Shown: one piece after another, positions 19,380 through 28,635 of the stretch
Layout: each line of letters starts with the position of its first letter
Position numbering within the stretch: position 1 is the first letter of the stretch
Sequence record: LR025195.1
DNA from: Escherichia phage vB_Eco_SLUR76
DNA length: 60,165 nucleotides
Direction: 5' to 3' (one strand)
Notes under the pieces: generated by a model
Seen by the model: the letters and a program-made list of their open reading frames with translations, nothing else
Told to the model about the DNA's origin: nothing
Database searches by the model: none
Made by a program: the position numbers and the translations under genes

Positions 19380-19859
19380 ATGAAATTTATCGTTGCTTAT
19401 CTGGCTGCAATTACATTCGTAAACCTGGGCTTTTCCTACCTTCCGATGCTTAATACGCCACTTGGCGTAGTCCCCATGATGGCTTTCTTTGTAGGCATTA
19501 TCTTTGTTCTGCGTGATTACGCACAGCGTAACGCTGGCAAAGGCGTCATCCCTGCAATGATTGTTGGTTGCATCCTTAGCTGGGTGTTCGGTAATCCTGC
19601 GGTTGTAGTTGCATCCGTTGCGTCTTTTGCGCTTAGTGAGTTTGCGGACTATGTAGTATACACGGTCACCAAGAAGCCTTTCCATCAACGAGTATTTATC
19701 AGCTCTTTGGTAGCTGTACCAATTGACTCCATTGTGTTCTTAAGTATTATAGGTATTGTTAATCCGGGATCGATGGTAGCAATGAGCTTAAGTAAGTTCA
19801 CAGCGTCTGCTATCCTTTGGGTTGTTTACGAAGTTCATTCACGTACAGCGAGAGCGTAA
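19380..19859 (+). CDS. Small polytopic membrane protein, YhhQ/DUF165-like queuosine-precursor transporter candidate
   Basis: Four or more predicted TM helices; VLRDYAQRNAGKG and FALSEFADYVVY resemble conserved YhhQ segments; sits within the que cluster. Confidence 0.4.
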   Translation: MKFIVAYLAAITFVNLGFSYLPMLNTPLGVVPMMAFFVGIIFVLRDYAQRNAGKGVIPAMIVGCILSWVFGNPAVVVASVASFALSEFADYVVYTVTKKPFHQRVFISSLVAVPIDSIVFLSIIGIVNPGSMVAMSLSKFTASAILWVVYEVHSRTARA

Positions 19860-19861
19860 AA

Positions 19862-20452
19862 ATGAAAGATAATTTGAATAAAATTTGGCACCAACACGAC
19901 GGTAAAGGAATGCCTATTTTTCTTCGTAATGAGAAGTTTGAAGTTCGTTTGCGCAACGGCACACACGTTAAGAATCTATTACATGGATGGGATTGGGCTA
20001 TGGAAGGGCGTTCAGCTATGGATGAAAATAGCCCTTATAAAGTTCAAGATATTATAGCCTGGCGCTATATCGTTGCGGATGATTACGTCAAACAGGCTAG
20101 CGAAAACACTCGCTCCGGATTGTACAATCAACCTTCTTCTGGAATAAGCATAAGTAATACATTTAATGGTGCGGTTTTTACGAAATACGAACCGTCTAAA
20201 ATTCCCATGAATAAATATCAGAAAGTTATTTATGGTAAAGATCAAAATGGGAATGTTGTAAAATGCATCGTGGACGTGTATGATGTCTTGGAAGCTTGGA
20301 AGACAACTAACCCAGCTTTACAACATTTGATTAAAAAGGCGTTGCAGCCTGGCGAACGCGGTCATAAGCATGTGGTAGAAGATTTGAAAGACATTATTGC
20401 GTCGGCGCAGCGTGCGTTAGAAATTGAACAGTCTAAAGAGGTATTAAAATGA
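19862..20452 (+). CDS. Hypothetical protein (inside the deazaguanine island)
   Basis: 197-aa ORF coupled between the transporter-like gene and queD; no recognisable motif. Confidence 0.55.
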   Translation: MKDNLNKIWHQHDGKGMPIFLRNEKFEVRLRNGTHVKNLLHGWDWAMEGRSAMDENSPYKVQDIIAWRYIVADDYVKQASENTRSGLYNQPSSGISISNTFNGAVFTKYEPSKIPMNKYQKVIYGKDQNGNVVKCIVDVYDVLEAWKTTNPALQHLIKKALQPGERGHKHVVEDLKDIIASAQRALEIEQSKEVLK

Positions 20453-20985
20453 GTTATACAGTAATTCGTTCACATGAAATTTGCGCTGGACATCGTGTTG
20501 TAGGGCATGAAAGCAAGTGTCGTCACCTTCACGGTCACAACTATAAGTTTCACTTTAAGGTTGCGCCGAAAGAAACAGTTAAAGAAGTACCAATTGAAAT
20601 GGGCGGAGGTCTTGTCAACGTCGAAGTAAAAGAGCGCGCTAAGCTGGACCATGTGGGCCGAGTTATCGACTTTAGTGTGGTTAAAACTACGCTCTGCCAG
20701 TGGCTGGAAGATAATTGGGATCATAAGTTCCTGCATTGGAATCGTGATAATTTGATTGACGCTTTGAAAATTGCAGCAAGTCGCCCGAGTTGTCCTCTGG
20801 AACATGAAGACCATGAGCATTTCTTAAGCTCATTGGTAGCTTTACCATTCAACCCAACTGCGGAAAACTTAGCTGCATATATGGTTGACGTGATTGGTCC
20901 GCAACTGCTTGACGAACATGGTGTTCAACTTGTAGAATGCACCATCGAAGAAACTTCGAAATGTCACGTAAACTATAGCCTGTAA
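20449..20985 (+). CDS. queD: 6-carboxy-5,6,7,8-tetrahydropterin synthase QueD
   Basis: QueD/PTPS motifs CAGHR and HGHNY; ATGA start-stop overlap. Confidence 0.85.
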   Translation: MSYTVIRSHEICAGHRVVGHESKCRHLHGHNYKFHFKVAPKETVKEVPIEMGGGLVNVEVKERAKLDHVGRVIDFSVVKTTLCQWLEDNWDHKFLHWNRDNLIDALKIAASRPSCPLEHEDHEHFLSSLVALPFNPTAENLAAYMVDVIGPQLLDEHGVQLVECTIEETSKCHVNYSL

Positions 20986-20986
20986 T

Positions 20987-21625
20987 ATGACCACATTAAC
21001 AAGGAAACTGCAAACCATGCCAAAATTTACTATTGATAACGAAGGTACTCAATTCCGTATTGCTCGCGCGGTGCATACTTTACTAACTCAGATTGAAGAT
21101 TGCATTGAATTACGTCCAGGATTAGCAGAGACTCCAGACCGTGTCGCTAAAGCTTATGCTACATGGTTTAGCGGTTACGATGTAGATATCGCTGGTCTGT
21201 TTAAAACCTTTGAGGATGGGGCGGAAAACACCAATGAAATGGTCATTGTCCGTGATATCCCTGTATATAGTCATTGTGAGCATCACATGGCTCCTATCAT
21301 CGGTCATGCTGTCGTGGGTTATGTCCCCAATGGGAAGATCGTTGGGCTTAGTAAGCTGTCTCGCGTTGTGGATGCTTTTAGTCGTCGACTGCAAGTTCAG
21401 GAACGTCTTACTAACCAGATTGCAGACGCTATTCAGGAGCATTTAAACCCGAAAGCTGTATGTGTTTATATTGACGCCAAGCATATGTGCATGGAGTCAC
21501 GCGGTGTTAAGCAGGTATGCGGCAGCTCTACTATTACTAAAGCATTCCGTGGGGCTACCGCTAACCGTGGAGATGGAACAATTGGTGCTGTTTGGCGCCG
21601 GGAGTTCCTTGAAGCTTGTAAATAA
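20987..21625 (+). CDS. folE: GTP cyclohydrolase I FolE
   Basis: FolE signature SHCEHH, GLSKLSR and RLQVQERLT. Confidence 0.9.
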   Translation: MTTLTRKLQTMPKFTIDNEGTQFRIARAVHTLLTQIEDCIELRPGLAETPDRVAKAYATWFSGYDVDIAGLFKTFEDGAENTNEMVIVRDIPVYSHCEHHMAPIIGHAVVGYVPNGKIVGLSKLSRVVDAFSRRLQVQERLTNQIADAIQEHLNPKAVCVYIDAKHMCMESRGVKQVCGSSTITKAFRGATANRGDGTIGAVWRREFLEACK

Positions 21626-21643
21626 TAGATAGCTTTACAGATC

Positions 21644-21680
21644 AAGCCCATATCGGTCATAATACTGGTATGGGCTTTTT
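21644..21680 (+). terminator. Rho-independent terminator
   Basis: Hairpin agcccata...tatgggct followed by ttttt. Confidence 0.6.
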
Positions 21681-21696
21681 AGTCATTGGGGGAAAT

Positions 21697-21903
21697 ATGT
21701 CAAGACAATTAATTTTAGAAGCTGCATTCTACAAGCTTAAAGCAGGTACTGCGGATGCTTGCTCTGCAATACAGAATGATGCGCCTACAAATGTCTTAAA
21801 GCAGCAGCTTATTAACGCTAAACATCAAGCGGACGAAGCATTTAATAATGCATGGCGCACCTTAGAACTAATTGATCAGTTTGGAGGACCATTCCAAAAA
21901 TGA
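21697..21903 (+). CDS. Hypothetical protein
   Basis: ATG after RBS gggggaaat; the upstream ATG of the track ORF lies inside the terminator hairpin. Confidence 0.45.
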   Translation: MSRQLILEAAFYKLKAGTADACSAIQNDAPTNVLKQQLINAKHQADEAFNNAWRTLELIDQFGGPFQK

Positions 21904-22820
21904 ACGTTTTTATGGCAGCAGTTTACACAAACGGATATATGCCTGGCCAGCAGCGTTATGAAAAGCTGTCTGAGCATGAGAAAAATATCACGCGCAATCT
22001 GCCCCATATTTTGGAATCATACCACTACGTTGGACGTCAAAAGTATGTTGATCAGATGCGTGCGGACGGGGCTAAAGTGTTTCTCGACTCCGGTGCATTC
22101 TCCGCGCACTCTTTGGGTGCTCACATTGATATTGTCGAATACTGCGAATACATTAAGCGCAACAAAGACATCCTTCGCGTAGAAGATGGCGCAGTAATGG
22201 CGTCAGTGCTCGATGGCATCGGTGATCCGTTGCAAACCTACCGTAACCAGCTTGAAATGGAAGCACGCGGAGCTAAACCGTTACCTTGCTTTCACTTTGG
22301 TGAAGACTTCCGCTATCTTGAATACTACATGAAGAACTACGAATATATCACCATTGGAGGCATGGTAGGGCGTTCCACAGACACGCTTAAAACTTGGCTT
22401 GACCGCATGTGGGACAAATATATTTGCGATGGTAGCGGACGTGCTAAGATTAAGCTTCATGCGTTTGGTATTACGTCAACAACCATTATGGAGCGTTATC
22501 CGTGGTATAGCTGTGACTCATCCTCCTGGATTCAAGCGGCAGCGTTTGGAAGTGTGGTTACCCCTCCGTGGGGACCAATGCGCGTATCAGATAAGTCACC
22601 GGACCGCCATCATTTTGGTAAGCATGTTTCAACATTAACTGAAATTGAACAAGACGCTGTCCTTAAATACCTTGAGCAAAACGGTTTCACTTACGAACGT
22701 TTATCAACAATCTATGAATCACGTGCTGCCTTCAACTTATGGGCGTATGGTGTAATTGCTGCAAACATTAACGCCACCCATGACGGCACATTCCGTGATC
22801 GTGTGATGGAGTTGTTCTGA
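21900..22820 (+). CDS. dpdA: DpdA-like 7-deazaguanine DNA transglycosylase (tRNA-guanine transglycosylase superfamily)
   Basis: TGT-like motif FLDSGAF; located immediately downstream of folE, queD, queC and queE. Confidence 0.6.
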   Translation: MNVFMAAVYTNGYMPGQQRYEKLSEHEKNITRNLPHILESYHYVGRQKYVDQMRADGAKVFLDSGAFSAHSLGAHIDIVEYCEYIKRNKDILRVEDGAVMASVLDGIGDPLQTYRNQLEMEARGAKPLPCFHFGEDFRYLEYYMKNYEYITIGGMVGRSTDTLKTWLDRMWDKYICDGSGRAKIKLHAFGITSTTIMERYPWYSCDSSSWIQAAAFGSVVTPPWGPMRVSDKSPDRHHFGKHVSTLTEIEQDAVLKYLEQNGFTYERLSTIYESRAAFNLWAYGVIAANINATHDGTFRDRVMELF

Positions 22821-23047
22821 TGGCTAACTTAAGAAGACCAAAAGGTAGACGTAAATATACTCACACAGGCGTAAGAATTAATTATTACGGTGAAAACAGA
22901 GTAGTATTTCTCCACAAGACACCTAAGCAGTGGCAGGATCCGTCAGGCACATGGTTTAATGCACAAGGAAAACAAATGGGGCTTTATGGATACCCTCCAA
23001 CCTGTGAATTAGATTTAACCACAATTAGAGCAATCGAGGACCGCTAA
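22820..23047 (+). CDS. Hypothetical protein
   Basis: TGATG-coupled small ORF. Confidence 0.5.
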   Translation: MANLRRPKGRRKYTHTGVRINYYGENRVVFLHKTPKQWQDPSGTWFNAQGKQMGLYGYPPTCELDLTTIRAIEDR

Positions 23048-24000
23048 TGTTAGACGCTCTTAAATTTGTTCAAGGCTCCGTCGCTAAAAAGGAACTGGTA
23101 GAAGGGCTTACCAGCTTTCTTATCCGTGATGGACAGGTACAGGGCTTTAACGGTGTTATTGCACTGGGTAGCCCTATTGAGCTGGATATTGATTGCAAGC
23201 CCGAAGCTGGACCTATGATTAAAGCTATTTCAAACTGTGACGAAACCGTACAGTTAACAATGATGGCTAACGGTAAACTTAATATCAAGTCCGGACCATT
23301 TCGTGTTGCTATACGCTGCATTGACAAGGAAACGCCTCACGTATTCCCGGAAGGGGAGTTATACGAAATAGACGGTGCTCGCTTCGTACACGGTGTGAAG
23401 TCCGTTGCTCCGTTTGTAGGCTCAGATGCATCCCGCCCGTGGGCTTGCGGTATTCTGATTAATAACGGTAGCTTGTTTGCTACAAATAACGTCACCATTG
23501 CCGAATATTGGTTTGGTAATCAATTCCCTATTGACTGCATAATACCGTCTGTTGCTATTAAAGAAATACTGCGCATTAAAGCTAACCCGACACATATTCA
23601 GGTTAGCAAGAACAATGTGACGTTTCATTATCCGGAAGGTCGCTGGTTGCGAACACAGCTTATTGATGCGGAGTGGCCTGATATACGTCGTATTTTAAAT
23701 GTTCAATGCAATGCACATCCTGTTGATCCAGGTCTTTTTGAGGGTTTGCATAAAATTAAACCTTTTGCAGAAGATCGTCCTCGCGTATATATTGAAAACG
23801 GTCTAGCGCGTACCCATTATGACGATGCGGAAGGTGCAAGCTTCGTATTACAGGACCGCACAATAACGGGAGTGTACAATATTGACGTCCTGTTATTACT
23901 CGAAAATGTGGTTAAGACTGCGGACTTTAGTTTATATCCGCAACCTTGCGCATTCTTTGGGGAAAATCTTCGCGGTGTGTTAATTGGAGAACGTGTCTAA
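23047..24000 (+). CDS. Hypothetical protein (possible polymerase accessory or modification-associated protein)
   Basis: 317-aa ORF coupled TAATG to the upstream gene and ending on the polymerase start. Confidence 0.55.
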   Translation: MLDALKFVQGSVAKKELVEGLTSFLIRDGQVQGFNGVIALGSPIELDIDCKPEAGPMIKAISNCDETVQLTMMANGKLNIKSGPFRVAIRCIDKETPHVFPEGELYEIDGARFVHGVKSVAPFVGSDASRPWACGILINNGSLFATNNVTIAEYWFGNQFPIDCIIPSVAIKEILRIKANPTHIQVSKNNVTFHYPEGRWLRTQLIDAEWPDIRRILNVQCNAHPVDPGLFEGLHKIKPFAEDRPRVYIENGLARTHYDDAEGASFVLQDRTITGVYNIDVLLLLENVVKTADFSLYPQPCAFFGENLRGVLIGERV

Positions 24001-25985
24001 TGCGGACAGATGCTATTGGTTTCTTTTGGCAGGACTTACCGCCTGAGCCAAAAGCAAAGAAAGAAAAAGTTAAACGTTTACCGCCGGAGCGCACTTGGGA
24101 GCGCCCGGATTATTTGCCTAACCTTGAGGAAGCGCGGAACTTCCAATACAACCTGTATACACAGGATGAACTTATTCAAGCATGGATTAACCGCGAACCG
24201 CTTGTATACGATATCGAATGTTATCCAAACTATTTCTTAATTGCATTTCGCGGAGTACGAACTAAGAAAGTTGTCTACTTCGAGATGTATCACGGTTGTA
24301 GTTTGAATTGCTTGCTACTTAACTGGGTAATGACAAACTTCCTTATCGTGAGCTTTAACGGTAATGGGTACGATATGTCCATTGCTACGCTTGCGCTTAA
24401 CGGCTGCTCTAATGCTCAGCTTAAAGACGCAACTGATAAAATAATCGTTGAAGACTGGCGTCCTTCGGATGTATTGAAGAGTTACCGTCTCAAGCGTATG
24501 CAGAACGTTAACCACATCGATATTATGGAAGTGCTGCCTGGGTCCGGTGGTTTGAAACAATATGGCGGACGTGTACATACTCGTCGTATGCAGGATTTAC
24601 CGTTCAAGCCCAATACAATGTTGACGCAAGACCAGATGCTTATTGTGCGCTGGTACTGTATTAACGACCTTGTACAGACGGAAGAATGTTTTATTGCATT
24701 ACAAGAGCCTATTCACTTGCGTGAAATTATGTCGCAAGAGTACGGTGTGGACCTGCGTTCACGCTCCGATGCACAGATTGCAGAAGACGTGATTAAGCAC
24801 GAAATTCAAGCGTTAACGGGCGTGCGCCCACAGCGTCCGCAAGTTTATCCTGGAACAAAGTATGCATACAACATACCGGACTTTATTCGTTTTCAAACAC
24901 CTTTGATGAATAGTGTTCTGGATATTGTTCGGGACTGTCGCTTTATTGTTAGCGATAACGGTGGTGTCAGCTTACCTCCAGCATTAACAGGTCTTGAGAT
25001 CAAGATTGCAGACGGTGTCTACCGTATGGGTATTGGTGGTTTACATAGCTCCGAAGAGTGCGCTGGCCACGGTAAAGAGCCTGGTATCAAAAAGCGGGAC
25101 ATTGACGTAACGTCTTATTATCCTTCAATCATTCTTAATCAGGGCTTATATCCAGAACAGTTGGGACCAGCGTTCCTTCGTGTTTATAAGAGTATTGTAG
25201 ATCGTCGTATTGCAGCTAAGCACTCAGGGGATAAGAACACAGCCAACACGCTGAAGATCGTTATCAACGGATCGTTCGGTAAGTTGGGGTCCATGTGGTC
25301 TGTACTGTACGCGCCCCAATTATTGATACAAGTTACATTAACCGGACAGCTTTCACTGTTGATGCTTATTGAAGCGTTTGAGCTGAACGGTGTTAAAGTA
25401 ATTTCAGCCAACACGGATGGTATTGTGGTCAAGTATCCGGACCATATGCAGGACTTCGTTGATAATATGATCAAGTGGTGGGAATCCGTAACAGGTTTTG
25501 AAATGGAATCCAACTACTATGACAAGCTGTACAGTGCTAACGTCAATAACTATGTTGCCGTAAAAGAACCTGACGAGGAAGGAAATGTTGAAATTAAACG
25601 TAAAGGCTGGTTCGCAAAGACAGGTCTTCAAAAGAACTGTACTGGTGAGATCATTATGGAAGCTGTATGCGAATGTTTGGCCCACGGTACGCCTGTTTCT
25701 CGTACTATACGCAATTGCAACGATATTAGAAAATTCATTATCCTACGTGCGGTAAAAGGCGGCGCGGTATGGAATGGCGAATTTTTGGGTAAGGTTGTAC
25801 GCTGGTACTTAAGCACTAATGAAGAAACACCTGAAATAATCTATGCTAACACGGGCAACCGTGTAGCTGGTAGCGCGGGAGGTGTTCCGATCATGACGCT
25901 ACCGGATAAAGTGCCGGACGACATAGATTATGATGCTTATATAGCTAAAGCAGAGAAGTATCTCGAAGACATGGGATACGCCTAA
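24000..25985 (+). CDS. DNA polymerase with 3'-5' exonuclease domain, family-B-type motifs
   Basis: Exo I YDIE; Pol motif A DVTSYYPSII; motif B KIVINGSFGKLG; motif C ANTDGIVV. Confidence 0.75.
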   Translation: MRTDAIGFFWQDLPPEPKAKKEKVKRLPPERTWERPDYLPNLEEARNFQYNLYTQDELIQAWINREPLVYDIECYPNYFLIAFRGVRTKKVVYFEMYHGCSLNCLLLNWVMTNFLIVSFNGNGYDMSIATLALNGCSNAQLKDATDKIIVEDWRPSDVLKSYRLKRMQNVNHIDIMEVLPGSGGLKQYGGRVHTRRMQDLPFKPNTMLTQDQMLIVRWYCINDLVQTEECFIALQEPIHLREIMSQEYGVDLRSRSDAQIAEDVIKHEIQALTGVRPQRPQVYPGTKYAYNIPDFIRFQTPLMNSVLDIVRDCRFIVSDNGGVSLPPALTGLEIKIADGVYRMGIGGLHSSEECAGHGKEPGIKKRDIDVTSYYPSIILNQGLYPEQLGPAFLRVYKSIVDRRIAAKHSGDKNTANTLKIVINGSFGKLGSMWSVLYAPQLLIQVTLTGQLSLLMLIEAFELNGVKVISANTDGIVVKYPDHMQDFVDNMIKWWESVTGFEMESNYYDKLYSANVNNYVAVKEPDEEGNVEIKRKGWFAKTGLQKNCTGEIIMEAVCECLAHGTPVSRTIRNCNDIRKFIILRAVKGGAVWNGEFLGKVVRWYLSTNEETPEIIYANTGNRVAGSAGGVPIMTLPDKVPDDIDYDAYIAKAEKYLEDMGYA

Positions 25986-25994
25986 ATTCTACTT

Positions 25995-26018
25995 GCAGAC
26001 CCTTCGCGGGTCTGTTTT
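25995..26018 (+). terminator. Rho-independent terminator
   Basis: Hairpin gcagaccc-ttcg-cgggtctg followed by tttt. Confidence 0.65.
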
Positions 26019-26049
26019 AATATATGCATACAACAAGAGGAGATACAAA

Positions 26050-26334
26050 ATGAGCTTAGTAGACGATTACAATAAAGGTAAAATCGACGCGGTAGAACTT
26101 AACCGTCAGCTTAATAAACAAAATGAAGAACGCAAACAAGGTAAGTACCTTACAATGATTGTTGCGCTTATCTTCACTCTTATTGGTGGATGTGTTTACG
26201 GCTACATTAACCACACTGTTGAAGTCGGCAACGAATGTCGCGCTAAATATCCAATTCACGTTGGTGTAACTCCACAGGAAGACATTGATGCGCTTCTGGA
26301 ACTTCAAGCCTTATGTCGTAAAGGGAAAGCATAA
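26050..26334 (+). CDS. Small membrane protein
   Basis: RBS agaggaga; one TM segment LTMIVALIFTLIGGCVYGYI. Confidence 0.5.
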   Translation: MSLVDDYNKGKIDAVELNRQLNKQNEERKQGKYLTMIVALIFTLIGGCVYGYINHTVEVGNECRAKYPIHVGVTPQEDIDALLELQALCRKGKA

Positions 26335-26627
26335 TGAAACGTTTATTACTCGTAACTTTGCTGATAGCGCCTGGTGTCCAAGCTGTGGATTTAAAAGATG
26401 CAGCAAAGAAACTATGCCAAGACCATCCTATTAAGTTACAATGTGAAGAGCTTGTATCCAGCATGTTAACCCATTCTTACGTGATGGGACAAACGCAGCT
26501 TGGATGTGAGTTAGGTATTATTGATGCGTGCAAAGCAGCGCGTACCAATAAACATTTTGAAAAGAACGCACGTTGGCTGGAGCAGCGCATTAGAACCCTT
26601 GATCATATGGGTACTTTTGGGGGCTAG
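26334..26627 (+). CDS. Secreted Cys-containing small protein
   Basis: Signal peptide MKRLLLVTLLIAPGVQA. Confidence 0.5.
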   Translation: MKRLLLVTLLIAPGVQAVDLKDAAKKLCQDHPIKLQCEELVSSMLTHSYVMGQTQLGCELGIIDACKAARTNKHFEKNARWLEQRIRTLDHMGTFGG

Positions 26628-26659
26628 CCGCGTGTAAAACCTTAAAGGGGTACATTAGC

Positions 26660-26866
26660 ATGGCTGGTAAAGAAAAGAGCGTAGCAAGCGATTTAGGTGT
26701 GGATGTAGCAAGTCGCGAACCGTGGCAACATGGTGACAAACCAGTAGTTTACATTCACGTCTATTACTGGAATAATATGACCGCGGAGCAACAAGAAGCG
26801 TTAAAAGTTTTAGCCGACGTTATTGTTGTTCCTGATGAACCATCACCGGAAACACCGGAAGCGTAA
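26660..26866 (+). CDS. Hypothetical protein
   Basis: ORF with RBS aaagggg. Confidence 0.5.
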   Translation: MAGKEKSVASDLGVDVASREPWQHGDKPVVYIHVYYWNNMTAEQQEALKVLADVIVVPDEPSPETPEA

Positions 26867-26872
26867 TAAAAT

Positions 26873-26898
26873 AATACCCGCGTTCGCGCGGGTATTTA
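26873..26898 (+). terminator. Rho-independent terminator
   Basis: Hairpin aatacccgcg-ttcg-cgcgggtatt followed by t. Confidence 0.6.
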
Positions 26899-26908
26899 AG
26901 GAGTGAGC

Positions 26909-27097
26909 ATGGCTAGAGCTGCAAAAGGTTATCGACAGACTTTTAAATTGATAGGCGGACCGTGGGACGGACAAAAGGTGCAACTATATAGCACCGGAAC
27001 GCTGGAGTTTTCAGTGAAAAGCTTCGATCCACGTCCAGGGCGCTATGTACCAGCGGGAAATAATTATAATCTGATTTGGGAGTTTACCGATGTATGA
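26909..27097 (+). CDS. Hypothetical protein
   Basis: RBS aaggagtgagc then ATG. Confidence 0.45.
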   Translation: MARAAKGYRQTFKLIGGPWDGQKVQLYSTGTLEFSVKSFDPRPGRYVPAGNNYNLIWEFTDV

Positions 27098-27296
27098 ATA
27101 TGTGGTTATGTATTTTGTAATTGGTGCAGTTATTGCAGCAATGACTTATTTCTTTTGTTGGAATAACTATGATTATGCGCTAGCCCATAAGAAACGTTGG
27201 GAGAAGATTGTAAGTCTTCTATGTATACTCGCTTGCTGGCCAGTCACTATTATTGCGACTGCGTATGATCAATACATGTACAGGAGACGCAAATGA
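27090..27296 (+). CDS. Small membrane protein
   Basis: Two hydrophobic segments; overlaps neighbouring genes. Confidence 0.5.
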   Translation: MYEYVVMYFVIGAVIAAMTYFFCWNNYDYALAHKKRWEKIVSLLCILACWPVTIIATAYDQYMYRRRK

Positions 27297-27574
27297 TGGA
27301 ATATCTATTAGTTGTCGTTTCGCTATTTCTAATCATTGTTGTTATAATGACCGGAGATAGTAATGAGAAGGGCTTTACAGCAATGAGCAGGGCGTTATTA
27401 CGCGCCCTTGCTGTAGCACTGCTTGGGACCAGCTTTGCTATGGCGTTTGGGATTGTAGACATCCCTAGCACCTATTATGGCTTTGTTAAAGTTCAACACC
27501 AACTCACTTATGCTACCGTCGTCGGATTGGGTGCTGTAACACTTGCAATCCTGTCAGCTTTTCATAAGCGTTAA
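27293..27574 (+). CDS. Small membrane protein
   Basis: RBS caggaga; three hydrophobic segments. Confidence 0.5.
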   Translation: MMEYLLVVVSLFLIIVVIMTGDSNEKGFTAMSRALLRALAVALLGTSFAMAFGIVDIPSTYYGFVKVQHQLTYATVVGLGAVTLAILSAFHKR

Positions 27575-27576
27575 AG

Positions 27577-27603
27577 AAAGGGGCGTTTGCCCCTTTTCTC
27601 TTC
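27577..27603. terminator. Bidirectional terminator at the convergence of + and - transcription units
   Basis: Hairpin aaaggggc-gttt-gccccttt with A/T runs on both sides. Confidence 0.7.
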
Positions 27604-27807
27604 TTAGAATATACGAAAGAAAGCACCGTATGGGTATACGCCAAAAGTATTGAAAACAGGCGGTGCAAAAGCATTCACAAACACAGGAGTTGGCGCTACT
27701 GGTTGAAAAGTTTTGCAATTACACGCTGCTTGAGCCAATTGCCCCTGAAGTATACCTGCTTGTGTTGCAGGACTGCCTAGACAGCAACGGTTAGTATTAC
27801 CACACAT
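27604..27807 (-). CDS. Small Cys-rich protein
   Basis: RBS aaggagg 7 nt before ATG; 8 Cys in 67 aa. Confidence 0.5.
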   Translation of the reverse strand: MCGNTNRCCLGSPATQAGILQGQLAQAACNCKTFQPVAPTPVFVNAFAPPVFNTFGVYPYGAFFRIF

Positions 27808-27818
27808 AGTAGACCTCC

Positions 27819-28103
27819 TTAAAGGTCGCTTTCGTTATCCTGCTTGGAACTGGGCTTTTCAGCTTCAATCATCCCAAGTACCGCAATAACTTTAACAGCA
27901 ATACGCTGAGCTAGACTGATTTGCTGCTGGGTTAATTTTCCGGTCGAAACCACAGTCATTAACCCGCTTAAGTTTCCAAGAGACTTAAAATCGCTGAATG
28001 CAGATTTCATAATTGTAAGTTGATCATGACCTTCGTCTGCTATAACATGAGCACGAATAGAAAGTCCTTCAACGACTTTATCAATACCTTCATTCTTCGT
28101 CAT
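27819..28103 (-). CDS. Hypothetical protein
   Basis: RBS aggtga before ATG. Confidence 0.5.
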   Translation of the reverse strand: MTKNEGIDKVVEGLSIRAHVIADEGHDQLTIMKSAFSDFKSLGNLSGLMTVVSTGKLTQQQISLAQRIAVKVIAVLGMIEAEKPSSKQDNESDL

Positions 28104-28620
28104 TTGGTTTCACCTTCTGCTCCGGTTTCTGAGGGACCGTTTGAGCGGTCTTTGGTTGCAGCACTTCCTGATCAATCATGGGTGGCCACGGGCTAATATG
28201 CTCGCGTGCTTCTACAGGCTGCTCCGGTTGCATACCAAGAAACTTACTAATAAAATCCCCTGCGAAGTCTGTGCCATCGCTGACGTAAACATGCATACGA
28301 TCAAGATCTGATTGACTAATGGAGTTTGGAGCAATTGTAATCTTGAACTGGTGGAAGCCGACATACATCACATTCACGGGTCGTTCGATAGTGCCCGGCG
28401 TAGGCGGTATCACTCCCATAATCCAACAGTAATGAACCCTTCCATCACCCATAGGTTCACATCCAGCATTAAGCCAGCTCACCTTCTGGTGTGGGAACAT
28501 GGTAGTTGAATCGGTAGCGTCCCGACGTAACGTCCAATCAACACCGCCCATGTTGATGGAGTTTTTCGGTTTCATCCCGTTGAACTGGGTTACGCCCATT
28601 CCTGCGTTTACGTTTTGCAT
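28090..28620 (-). CDS. Hypothetical protein
   Basis: RBS aggaag before ATG. Confidence 0.55.
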   Translation of the reverse strand: MQNVNAGMGVTQFNGMKPKNSINMGGVDWTLRRDATDSTTMFPHQKVSWLNAGCEPMGDGRVHYCWIMGVIPPTPGTIERPVNVMYVGFHQFKITIAPNSISQSDLDRMHVYVSDGTDFAGDFISKFLGMQPEQPVEAREHISPWPPMIDQEVLQPKTAQTVPQKPEQKVKPNDEE

Positions 28621-28635
28621 GTCGGCTTCCTATTC

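Noticed and set aside
21670-21696. Upstream ATG start at 21670 for the ORF ending at 21903
   Set aside because: That ATG sits inside the terminator hairpin after folE; the ATG at 21697 has a proper RBS.
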